Shown in pieces: positions 1 to 8,707 of a stretch of 45,830 nt of DNA. Numbering within the stretch: position 1 is the stretch's first letter; every line of letters begins with the position of its first letter. This DNA is from Octopus bimaculoides (Eukaryota): NCBI RefSeq assembly GCF_001194135.2, contig NC_068992.1, positions 37,898,097 through 37,943,926 of the forward strand, written 5' to 3'. The notes beneath the pieces were generated by a model. The model was not told where the DNA came from. It worked only from the letters and a program-made list of their open reading frames with translations, and searched no databases. Made by a program: the position numbers and the translations under genes.

Positions 1-81
1 CTTAATTAAATCATTTCAAATTGATTCGGCTCAACCAACAGGTATAGGGGCTAATGCAGAATCGCACCCCTTTGAAAAACG

Positions 82-395
82 AATTTTGTGAAAAATTTTT
101 TTCGGATTCCTACCTTTAACAGAGATTCCGAATATGCAAAAATATTAACAGAATCCAATTTCATCTTTATTACATTTCACATATGATTTTTAGACTTTTT
201 AAGGGAGAGTGAGGATGGGAAAGTATTGACGTTTCGAAGAGAGAGAAAAATACAAACAATACACTTATTTCAGGCTCATCTCTACAGAGCCATTTTTTAT
301 TCCCTGCTTATTCTAGGTCATACGGGGGTGATTGCATATTCAGAATCTCCCATATGTAAATTGTAGGAATACGAAAATTTTTTTACTGAAAAATT
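82..395. repeat. Imperfect inverted repeat, MITE-like
   Basis: 82-139 (...ttcggattcctac...agagattccgaatatgcaa) is the reverse complement of 332-395 (ttgcatattcagaatctcc...gtaggaatacgaa...), with an ~190-bp spacer. Confidence 0.55.
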
Positions 396-485
396 GATGA
401 GGGGGGGGGGGGAATTCATTGCNNNNNNNNNNNNNNNNNNNNNNNNNNNNNNNNNNNNNNNNNNNNNNNNNNNNNNNNNACGCCA

Positions 486-488
<3 letters not shown>

Positions 489-517
<29 letters not shown>
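489..517. repeat. (AT)n microsatellite
   Basis: Seen directly. Confidence 0.95.
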
Positions 518-519
<2 letters not shown>

Positions 520-1217
520 AGAACAGGAGAAACTAGTAGTTGATAGCTTCCGCTACCTAGCTGACCAAGTCTGTAGTGGGGGTGGATGCACAGAGAGTGT
601 TACCACTAGAATAAGAATAGCCTGGGGAAAGTTCAGAAAGCTTCTACCCCTACTGGTGACAAAGGGCCTCTAGCTCAGAGTGAAAGGTAGATTGTATGAT
701 GCATGTGTGCGAACTACCATGCTCCGCGGCAGTGAAACATGGGCCATGACTGCTGAAGACATGCGTAGGCATGAAAGAAATGAAGCTAGCTTGATCCGCT
801 GGATTTGTAATGTCAGTGTGCACACAGAACAGAGTGTAAGCGCCCTGAGAGAAATGTTAGACGTAAGAAGCATCGGATGTGGCGTGCAGGCATTTGCGTT
901 GGTATGGTCATGTACTGTGGACGGACAAGGAGAGGTGTGTGAAGAAGTGCCACTCCCAAACAGTGGAAGGAATCCGGGCTAGAGGGAGACCCAGGAAGAC
1001 ATGGGATGAGGTGGTGAAGAATGACCTTCAAATGTTGGGCCTCACAGACATAATGATAAAAGACCAACACCTCTGGAGGTATGCTGTGACTGAGAAGACC
1101 CGGTAAATAAAGTGAGTCCACAGCTGTAACCTACACCAGTGTCGCATAATCAGTCCACTCAAAAGTACCTTGGATTGTAGGGCAATATGCTATGCTTGAG
1201 GAGATCTATTGAGTTAA
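518..1217 (+). mobile_element. RTE-clade LINE, 5'-truncated decayed fragment (RT C-terminus plus start of 3'UTR)
   Basis: Frames give DSFRYLADQ...RIRIAWGKFRKLLPLL, KGRLYDACVRTTMLRGSETW and LRWYGHV...RGRPRKTW, the typical RTE C-terminal motifs, with frameshifts. Confidence 0.9.
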
Positions 1218-1482
1218 TACAGTTCTATATTTAAGAGACGTGGAATTATGTACATCATTTACATTTGACAGATATTTGTCCTCATCTTGTTGGTTGTTAA
1301 CACAATGTCTCGGCTGATATACCCTCCAGCCTTCATCAGGTGTCTTGGGGAAATTTTGAACCTGGGTTCTCATTCCTAAGGCATTTTTCAATGTTGTTAT
1401 TATTATTCAGGTCACTGCCTGGAATCGAACTCGGAATCTTGGGGTTCGTAGCCTGCGCTCTTAACCACTACGCCATATGCCC
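1215..1482 (-). mobile_element. tRNA-derived SINE with a hammerhead-like 3' region
   Basis: Head 1482-1410 reads GGGCATATGGCGTAGTGGTTAAGAGCGCAGGCTACGAACCCCAAGATTCCGAGTTCGATTCCAGGCAGTGACC, with A box TGGCGTAGTGG and B box GTTCGATTCC. It resembles tRNA-Arg(ACG), but the acceptor and anticodon stems do not pair, so it is not a functional tRNA. Confidence 0.85.
1299..1344 (-). ncRNA. Degenerate minimal type I hammerhead ribozyme motif inside the SINE
   Basis: GACAC CTGATGA A GGCTG gagggtatat CAGCC GAGACATT GTGTT. Stem I GACAC/GTGTT, core CUGAUGA and 5-bp stem II are present. The second core reads GAGACATT, two substitutions from GAAACGTT. Confidence 0.6.
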
Positions 1483-1484
1483 AA

Positions 1485-1519
1485 AGACATATGGCATATT
1501 GGTAAAGAGTGTGGGCTAC
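1485..1519 (+). mobile_element. Truncated second SINE head, head-to-head with the first
   Basis: gacatatggcatattggtaaagagtgtgggctact aligns to ggcatatggcgtagtggttaagagcgcaggctacg with about 8 mismatches in 35. Confidence 0.7.
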
Positions 1520-1634
1520 TGCCAGATCAGATTGGGGCCTGGTGCAGCCTCTTAGCTTCCCAGACACCAGTCGAACCGTCCAACATATGCCAGCATGGAA
1601 AACAGATGTTAAACGATGATGATGATGATGATGA
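1520..1634 (+). mobile_element. RTE LINE 3' tail ending in (GAT)n
   Basis: ...ccaacatatgccagcatggaaaacagatgttaaac(gat)6, the same terminus as other copies in the window. Confidence 0.85.
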
Positions 1635-1654
1635 GAAAAGGGCTGAGAATTGAA

Positions 1655-4600
1655 CAATGATGATCACTTACCTGCATGTTAAGGACCACTTACCAAGCTG
1701 GCATGGGCTGCACGGTTTGACTGAGGACAGGCTCCAAACTGATCTGGCAAAGTTTCTACAGCTGGATGCCTTTCCTAATGCCAACCACTCTGAGAGCGTA
1801 GAGGGTGCTTTTACGTTCCACTGGCACAAGGGCCAGTCAGGTGGTTCTGGCAACGACCACACTCGAATGTTGTTTTTCACATCCCACCGGCACATGTGCC
1901 AGTATGGCGATGCTGGAAAAGATCACACTCGAATGGTGCTTTTTACATTTCACTGGCACAAGTGCCAATCAGGCAGTACTGTAATTGGCCATGTCAGCAA
2001 TTTTCATTTCACTTGCCTCAACAGGTCTTCGCAAGCAAAGTTTATTGTCCAATGAATGAAGGGTACTCATAAGTGGGCTGGTTATACACCACTGGCATAG
2101 GTCACGGGTTATGGTCTTCTTAAGCACAGCATATCTCCAAAGGTTTTGGTCACTAGTCATTGCCTCGGTGAGGCCCAACGTTCGAAGGTCGTGCTTCACC
2201 ACCTCATCCCAGGACTTCCTGGGTCTACCTCTTCCACAGGTTCCCTAAACTGCTAGGGTGGGACACTTTGTCACACAGCTATCCTCATCTATTTGCAACA
2301 CATGACCATACCAGTGCTGTTGTCTCTCTTGCACACCATATCTGATGCTTCTTAAATCCAACTTTTCTCTCAGGGTGCTTACACACACTGTCGTGTATGC
2401 ACACTGACATTATACATCCACCAGAGTATACTGGCTTCATTCCTTGCAAGCTTACACATGTCCTCAGCAGTCACAGCCTATGTTTCACTGCCATGTAGCA
2501 TGGCTGTTTGTACACATGCATCATACAGTCTACCTTTACTCTGGGCAAGAGTCCATTTGTCACCAGCAGAGGTAGGAACTCTCTGATCTTTGCCCAGGCT
2601 ATTCTTTTTCTAGCAGCTAGTTAGCTTTCCTTTGCTGTTGCTGCACCTCTTATGTGTCCATAGCTTACACTGGATACATCTTATGGAGTTTCTACTTACG
2701 CCTTATCTACAGATGAAGCAGGGCAATCTGCCTGAAGGGATTTTATGGTTTGTCTGCCTTCCTACTTTGGTTTTAACTAGATTGACACTAACGCCCTTCA
2801 ATTCTAATCCTTGCTTCCACACCTGAAACTTTTACTCTAGTTCTGGTAGTGACTCAGCAATTAGAGCAAGGTCATCAGTACAGAGGAGATTCCAGGGGCA
2901 TCGTGTCTTGAATTCCTCTGTTATTGCCTGGAAGACTCTGACACATAAGAGGGGGCTGAGGACTGACCCTTGGTGGACACCTACCCCCTACCCAGAATTC
3001 TTCACTGTACTGATTACCAACCCTCACCTTACTGACTACGGCCCTGTACATGGCTTGCACAGCTCTCACTAACCATTCATCTTCCCTAGTTTCCTCATTG
3101 ACCACCAGATAAGGGATTGGGGGACCCTGTCAAAGGCTTTCTCCATGCCAAATAAAGCCCGGTACAGAGGTTTATCTTTGGCTAGGTATTTCTCCTACAG
3201 CTATCTTACCAGAAATATAGCATCAGTGGTGCTTTTCCCTGGCACAAACCCAAACTGCATCTCATCTAAACTGATTCTCTCCCTAATTAGTTGGTCTATG
3301 ACCCTCTTCATGACTTTCATTGCCTGATCCAACAACTTGATACCTCTGTAATTAATTGTATCTAAAGCATCACCTTTACCTTTGTAGCAGTTGACTATGG
3401 TGCTGTTTCACCAGTCATTGGGTATGACTCCTTCATGTATCACCTGGTTAACTATACGGGTGACTAGGCTGTAGCCTACACCGCCAGATATTTTTAGCAT
3501 CTCTACGGTGATTCCTGATGGGCAGGGTGGGGGTGGGGGTCCCTGTCTTCATACTCTTAATTGCTTTATCTACCAAGGTACTGTCAATTTGGATAGCTGG
3601 TCCCTCTGTTGGGTCAACATTCAGCAAACTCTCTCCTATTCATTCTCTTTATTTAGCAACCTTTCATAGTGGCGTCTCCAAACCTCTTTGTTTGCAGCCT
3701 CGTTTAATGCAAGTGAACCATCATCCATGCAGACACATTTCTCTCCTATGATGTCATGATTCTCTCTCACACAGTCTTGCAACACGAAATACCTCAAGCC
3801 TTTGGGCCTCATGGTGCAGAACATTGCCAAATTTTTTCTTATCTGCTTCCCCTCTGGCTAAATAAACCTAGCTTCCCTTCTAGTAGTCTGATAGAATTCC
3901 CTGCTACCACTGTTCTCTTCCAGTCTTTCCAAGCCTGTTTCTTTTCCCTAATGGCCTTGCCAACAACACTGTTCCACTACAATGTTACCTTGTGTCGAGA
4001 GGGGACTTTGCACCATCCACAGATCTGATCAGTGGCCCTCAGCAGGTTGTAGAAACCTCCCAGTTGTCTTCCACATCATGTGATGCTATATCCCCCTCTA
4101 TTTCGTCAAAAGCTTTGAGTAATACGTCTATAAATCTCTGTCCATTCACAGGATCTTTAAACTTGCAGACCCTTCTCCTCCATGCTCGGTTGTCTTCTGG
4201 GCATCCATTTAGCCTAACTACTATGTTGTGGGGTACATTCTTCACCTGGGAATGTTTTGGCATTTATAAGCAGTGCTCTTTCCCTTTTTCTGGCACGGAT
4301 GTAGTCAATTTGGCTAGTGTATGTACCAGATCGGTAGGTGACTAGATGACTGGCAGGTTTCCTGAAGTTAGTATTGCAAACCATAAGATCATTTGCATCA
4401 CAGAACTCCAGCAGCCTGGTTCCCTCCTCAATGCGGGAACCAAAACCACAGCCTCCGTGTATGCCATTGAAGCCCCCTGCATGTTGTCCAACATGTCCAT
4501 TGAAGTCACAAGCCACAAAGAGAAGATCTAAGAAGTAAGGTGGAGAGGAGGTTCCACTAGGTTCCTCACAGGCAAAGAACATAGGTACAAGATTTTCTGG

Positions 4601-4854
4601 GCAGAGAACATTGACAGGGTTGAGGGTGTGGGTATATTTCTTGCGGAGAAATGGGCTGATAATGTAATCAAGGTTGTCAGAGTCTGTGATACAATACTTA
4701 AGATTAGATTAGTACTACAACATGGTTTAGCAACCATTATCTCAGCCTATGCCCCTCAGCCAGAGCTACCTGATGGACAAAAAGACCGATTTTATGACAC
4801 ACCCTCTTGCATACTACCTCATTGATGAATGACAGGGACCTTCTCTTTGTGGCT
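1655..4854 (-). mobile_element. Decayed RTE LINE (APE, RT, 3'UTR) with an inverted 5' segment (4529-4854 on +)
   Basis: Minus-strand pieces: DLLFVACDFNGHVG (APE), RT fragments, C-terminus and modular 3'UTR. The + strand at 4529-4854 carries the preceding APE part EVRWRGG...IISAYAPQ...DLLFVA. Confidence 0.9.
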
Positions 4855-4857
4855 ACT

Positions 4858-4945
4858 TGTATATAAATACACACACAAACACACATACATATATATATAT
4901 ATATATACATACACAGTATATGTATGTATATGTATATATATATAT
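4858..4945. repeat. (CA)n/(AT)n compound microsatellite next to a gap
   Basis: Seen directly. Confidence 0.9.
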
Positions 4946-5587
4946 NNNNNNNNNNNNNNNNNNNNNNNNNNNNNNNNNNNNNNNNNNNNNNNNNNNNNNN
5001 NNNNNNNNNNNNNNNNNNNNNNNNNNNNNNNNNNNNNNNNNNNNNNNNNNNNNNNNNNNNNNNNNNNNNNNNNNNNNNNNNNNNNNNNNNNNNNNNNNNN
5101 NNNNNNNNNNNNNNNNNNNNNNNNNNNNNNNNNNNNNNNNNNNNNNNNNNNNNNNNNNNNNNNNNNNNNNNNNNNNNNNNNNNNNNNNNNNNNNNNNNNN
5201 NNNNNNNNNNNNNNNNNNNNNNNNNNNNNNNNNNNNNNNNNNNNNNNNNNNNNNNNNNNNNNNNNNNNNNNNNNNNNNNNNNNNNNNNNNNNNNNNNNNN
5301 NNNNNNNNNNNNNNNNNNNNNNNNNNNNNNNNNNNNNNNNNNNNNNNNNNNNNNNNNNNNNNNNNNNNNNNNNNNNNNNNNNNNNNNNNNNNNNNNNNNN
5401 NNNNNNNNNNNNNNNNNNNNNNNNNNNNNNNNNNNNNNNNNNNNNNNNNNNNNNNNNNNNNNNNNNNNNNNNNNNNNNNNNNNNNNNNNNNNNNNNNNNN
5501 NNNNNNNNNNNNNNNNNNNNNNNNNNNNNNNNNNNNNNNNNNNNNNNNNNNNNNNNNNNNNNNNNNNNNNNNNNNNNNNNNNNNNNC

Positions 5588-5870
5588 ACATGCGTCATAC
5601 AGTCTACCTTTTACTCTGAGTGAGAGTCCCTTTGTCGCCAGCAAAGGTAAGAGCTCTCTAAACTTGGCCCAGGCTATTCTTATTCTAGCAGTTACACTTT
5701 CAGCGCACCCACCCCCACTACTAACTTGGTCACCCAGATAGCGGAAGCTATCGACTACCTCTAGTTTTTCTCCCTGGAATGAGATAGAAGTTGTTTCCTG
5801 TTTGTTTACAGTGTTTATTGCACCTGAACATCTGCCACATACAAAAACTAACTTCGTAGTTAATCTGCCT
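5588..5870 (-). mobile_element. RTE LINE RT C-terminal fragment
   Basis: FVCGRCSGAIN...LEVVDSFRYLGDQVSSGGGCAESVTARIRIAWAKFRELLPLL...GRLYDAC. Confidence 0.92.
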
Positions 5871-5928
5871 TTTATATATATATATGCATTTATATATAGA
5901 TATATATACGCATATATACATATATATA

Positions 5929-6180
5929 TAAATAAATAAATAAATGGAGTTAAATGCATGTGTTATTCCAAATCTTTTACTTCTGACACATTTTTCGAAG
6001 ATATCACTACTAAAATGTCTTATTCATGAGTTTCATTTCTTCACTTCCCTGAAGATAAGATTACATTGTTTTAGAATGTAAAAATTCCTTTGGAATAATA
6101 CCAGTGATATCTTCGAAACGTGTTGGAAGTAAAAGAATTTGAATAACACATGCGTTTAACTCCATTTATTTATGTATTTA
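5929..6180 (+). mobile_element. Fold-back element with ~80-bp inverted arms and an internal hammerhead; probable Penelope-like terminal-repeat remnant
   Basis: 5929-6008 is the near-perfect reverse complement of 6103-6180. Hammerhead motif at 6043-6130. Confidence 0.65.
6043..6130 (+). ncRNA. Minimal type I hammerhead ribozyme motif
   Basis: ACTTCC CTGAAGA t AAGAT...ATCTT c GAAA CGTG TT GGAAGT. 6-bp stem I, both core strands present, stem III ACGTGT (one change from palindromic ACGCGT), predicted GUU cleavage after 6124. The base of stem II is imperfect. Confidence 0.65.
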
Positions 6181-6344
6181 TTATACAAAATATTTCACGT
6201 CAACCCGGAGTCTCTACCCTTATAAACAAGGAGTTACACCCTTTTTACTTGTGTGATTTTTTGCTACCTTGGTTTTTTTCCGTGTTAATTGTTAACAAGG
6301 GAAAAATACACACATCTATTTACACACACACACATATATATATG

Positions 6345-6760
6345 TTGTGATCGTTGCCGGAGCATCAGCTGTCTGGCCTCCGTGCCGGTGGCACGTAAGT
6401 AGCACCAATTGAGCGTGATCGTTACCAACTTCCTGGCACTTGTGCCAGTGACACATGAAAAGACATTCGAGCGAGTTCGTTGCCAGTACCGCTGGACTGG
6501 CTTCTGTGCAGGTGGCACGTAAAATACACCATTTCAAGCATTGCCATTGCCAGTACCTCCTGACTGGCCTTCGTGCCGGTGGCACGTAAAAGCACCCACT
6601 ACACTCTCGGATTGGTTGATGTTAGGAAGGGCATCCAGCTGTAGAAACTCTGCCAAATCAGATTGGAGCCTGGTGTAGCCATCTGGTTCACCAGTCCTCA
6701 GTCAAATCGTCCAACCCATGCTAACATGGAAAGTGGACGCTAAACGATGATGATGATGAT
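6345..6760 (+). mobile_element. RTE LINE 3'UTR/tail with about 4 tandem modules and a (GAT)n end
   Basis: Modules containing gtgccggtggcacgtaa and tggcacttgtgcca; ends catgctaacatggaaagtggacgctaaac(gat)n. Confidence 0.85.
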
Positions 6761-6832
6761 ACACATATATATGTATATATACATATATTATATGTAGATA
6801 TACATATCTATATGTATATATACTTATATATA
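6761..6832. repeat. AT-rich microsatellite between two tail-to-tail LINE ends
   Basis: Seen directly. Confidence 0.85.
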
Positions 6833-6988
6833 TCATCGTCATCATCATCGTTTAACGTCTGCTTTCCATGCTAGCATGGGTTGGATGGTTTGACTGAGGG
6901 CTGGTGAACCAAAGGCTGCACCAGCTCAATCTAAACTGGCAAAGTTTCAACAGCTGTATGCCCTTAGAAACTTTGCCAGATCAGATTG
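6833..6988 (-). mobile_element. Short RTE tail fragment ending in a 22-bp fold-back
   Basis: catcatcatcgtttaacgtctgctttccatgctagcatgg...; 6927-6948 is inverted at 6967-6988. Confidence 0.8.
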
Positions 6989-7170
6989 TACATACATGTA
7001 TGTGTATATATACATATATATATATATATAAATATATATACACATATATATACATATATGTATACACATATATATATACATATATATACATATATATATA
7101 CACATGTATATATACATATATATGTGTATATATATATATATATTAGATATATATATATATACATGTAAAT
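6989..7170. repeat. (AT)n/(ATAC)-type microsatellite
   Basis: Seen directly. Confidence 0.9.
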
Positions 7171-8607
7171 ATCATCATCATCTTCATCATCGTTTAATGT
7201 CTGCCTTCCATGCTAGCATGGGTTGGACGATTTGACTGAGGACTGGCGAACCAGATAGCTGGAACGGGCTCCAATCTGATCTGGCAGAATTTCTACAGCT
7301 GGATGCCCTTCCTAATGCCAACCACTCCGAGAGTGTAGTGGGTGCTTTTATGTGCCAGTCAGGCAGTACTGGCAACGGCCACACTCAAAATGGTGTTTTA
7401 CGTGCTACAGGCACGAGGGCCTGTCAGGCAGAACTGGCAACGGCCACGCTCGAAATGGTGTATTTTACGTGCCACCTGCACAGGAGCCAGTCCATCGGCA
7501 CTGGCAATGATCTCGCTTGAATGTCTTTTCACGTGCCAAGGAGGCGGCGTTGGTAACGATCAATGGCCACGCTAGAAATGGTGTATTTTACGTGTCATCT
7601 GCATAGGGGCCAGCCCATCGACTCTGGCAACGTTCTTGTTCGAATGTCTTTTCATGTGCCACTGGCACTTGTGCCAGGAAGGCGATGAACGATCTTGCTC
7701 GAATGTCTTTTCACATGCCAGTGGCACAAGTGCCAGGAAGGCGACGAACGATCTTACACGAATGTCTTTTCACATCCCACTGGCACAAGTGCTAGGAAGG
7801 CGACGTTGGTAACGATCACGCTGGTGCTATTTATGTGTCACACTGGTACAGGTGCCATCTCGATTTCGCTTGACCCAACGGGCCTTCGCAAGCCGAGTCT
7901 AGTGTTCCTACACATTTGGTTCGATTCCGATTTCACTTGCCTCACCATGTCTTCACAAGCGGAGTTTAGAGTCCAATGAAGGAATGTTATGCGTAAGTGG
8001 TACATCCCTGGCAGAGGTCTTGGATTGCCAGGTCTTCTCACGCACAGCATATTTCCAAAGGACTCAGTCACAAGTCATTGCCTCAGTGAGGCCTAATGTT
8101 CGGAGGTCGTGCTTCACCACCATATCTCAGGTCTTCCTAGGCCTGCCTCTTCCCCGGGTTCCCTCAGCCGTTAGGGTGTGGCACTTTTTCACGCAGCTAT
8201 CCTCATCCATTCTCAGTACGTGTCCATACCAGTGCAATCGTCTCTCTTGCACACCACAATTGATGCTTCTTATGTTCAACTTTTCTCTCAAGATACTTAC
8301 ACTCTGTCAGGTATGCACACTGACATTACTCATCCATCAGAACATACTGGCTTCATTCCTTGCGAGCTTACGGATGTCCTCAGCAGTTACGGCCCATGTT
8401 TCACTGCCATGTAGCATGGATGTTTGTACACATGCGTCATACAGTCTGCCTTTTACTCTGAGCGAGAGGCCCTTTGTCACCAGCAGAGGTAGGAGCTCTC
8501 TGAACTTTACCCAGGCTATTCTTATTCTAGCAGCAACACTTTCAGTGCACCCCACCCCACCCACTACTAACTTGGTCACCCAGATAGCGGAAGCTATCAA
8601 CTACCTC
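7171..8607 (-). mobile_element. RTE LINE 3' end (RT C-terminus plus expanded modular 3'UTR)
   Basis: ESVAARIRIAWVKFRELLPLL...MLHGSETW at 8337-8600; module array at about 7330-7860; (GAT)n tail at 7171. Confidence 0.9.
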
Positions 8608-8707
8608 NNNNNNNNNNNNNNNNNNNNNNNNNNNNNNNNNNNNNNNNNNNNNNNNNNNNNNNNNNNNNNNNNNNNNNNNNNNNNNNNNNNNNNNNNNNNN
8701 NNNNNNN

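Noticed and set aside
1410-1482. Possible tRNA-Arg(ACG) gene
   Set aside because: Acceptor and anticodon stems do not pair, it is attached to a SINE body, and the sister head reads CTACT.
4737-5959. Long ORFs of 200-370 aa in the ORF track spanning N runs (also 11769-12433, 13191-13904, 41931-42818)
   Set aside because: They are open only because Ns contain no stop codons; the flanks are microsatellite or LINE fragments.
6904-7168. Y/I/H-rich ORFs
   Set aside because: Translations of (AT)n/(ATAC)n microsatellite.
7640-7830. CRISPR-like regularly spaced palindromic repeats
   Set aside because: Eukaryotic LINE 3'UTR tandem modules with no unique spacers and no cas genes.
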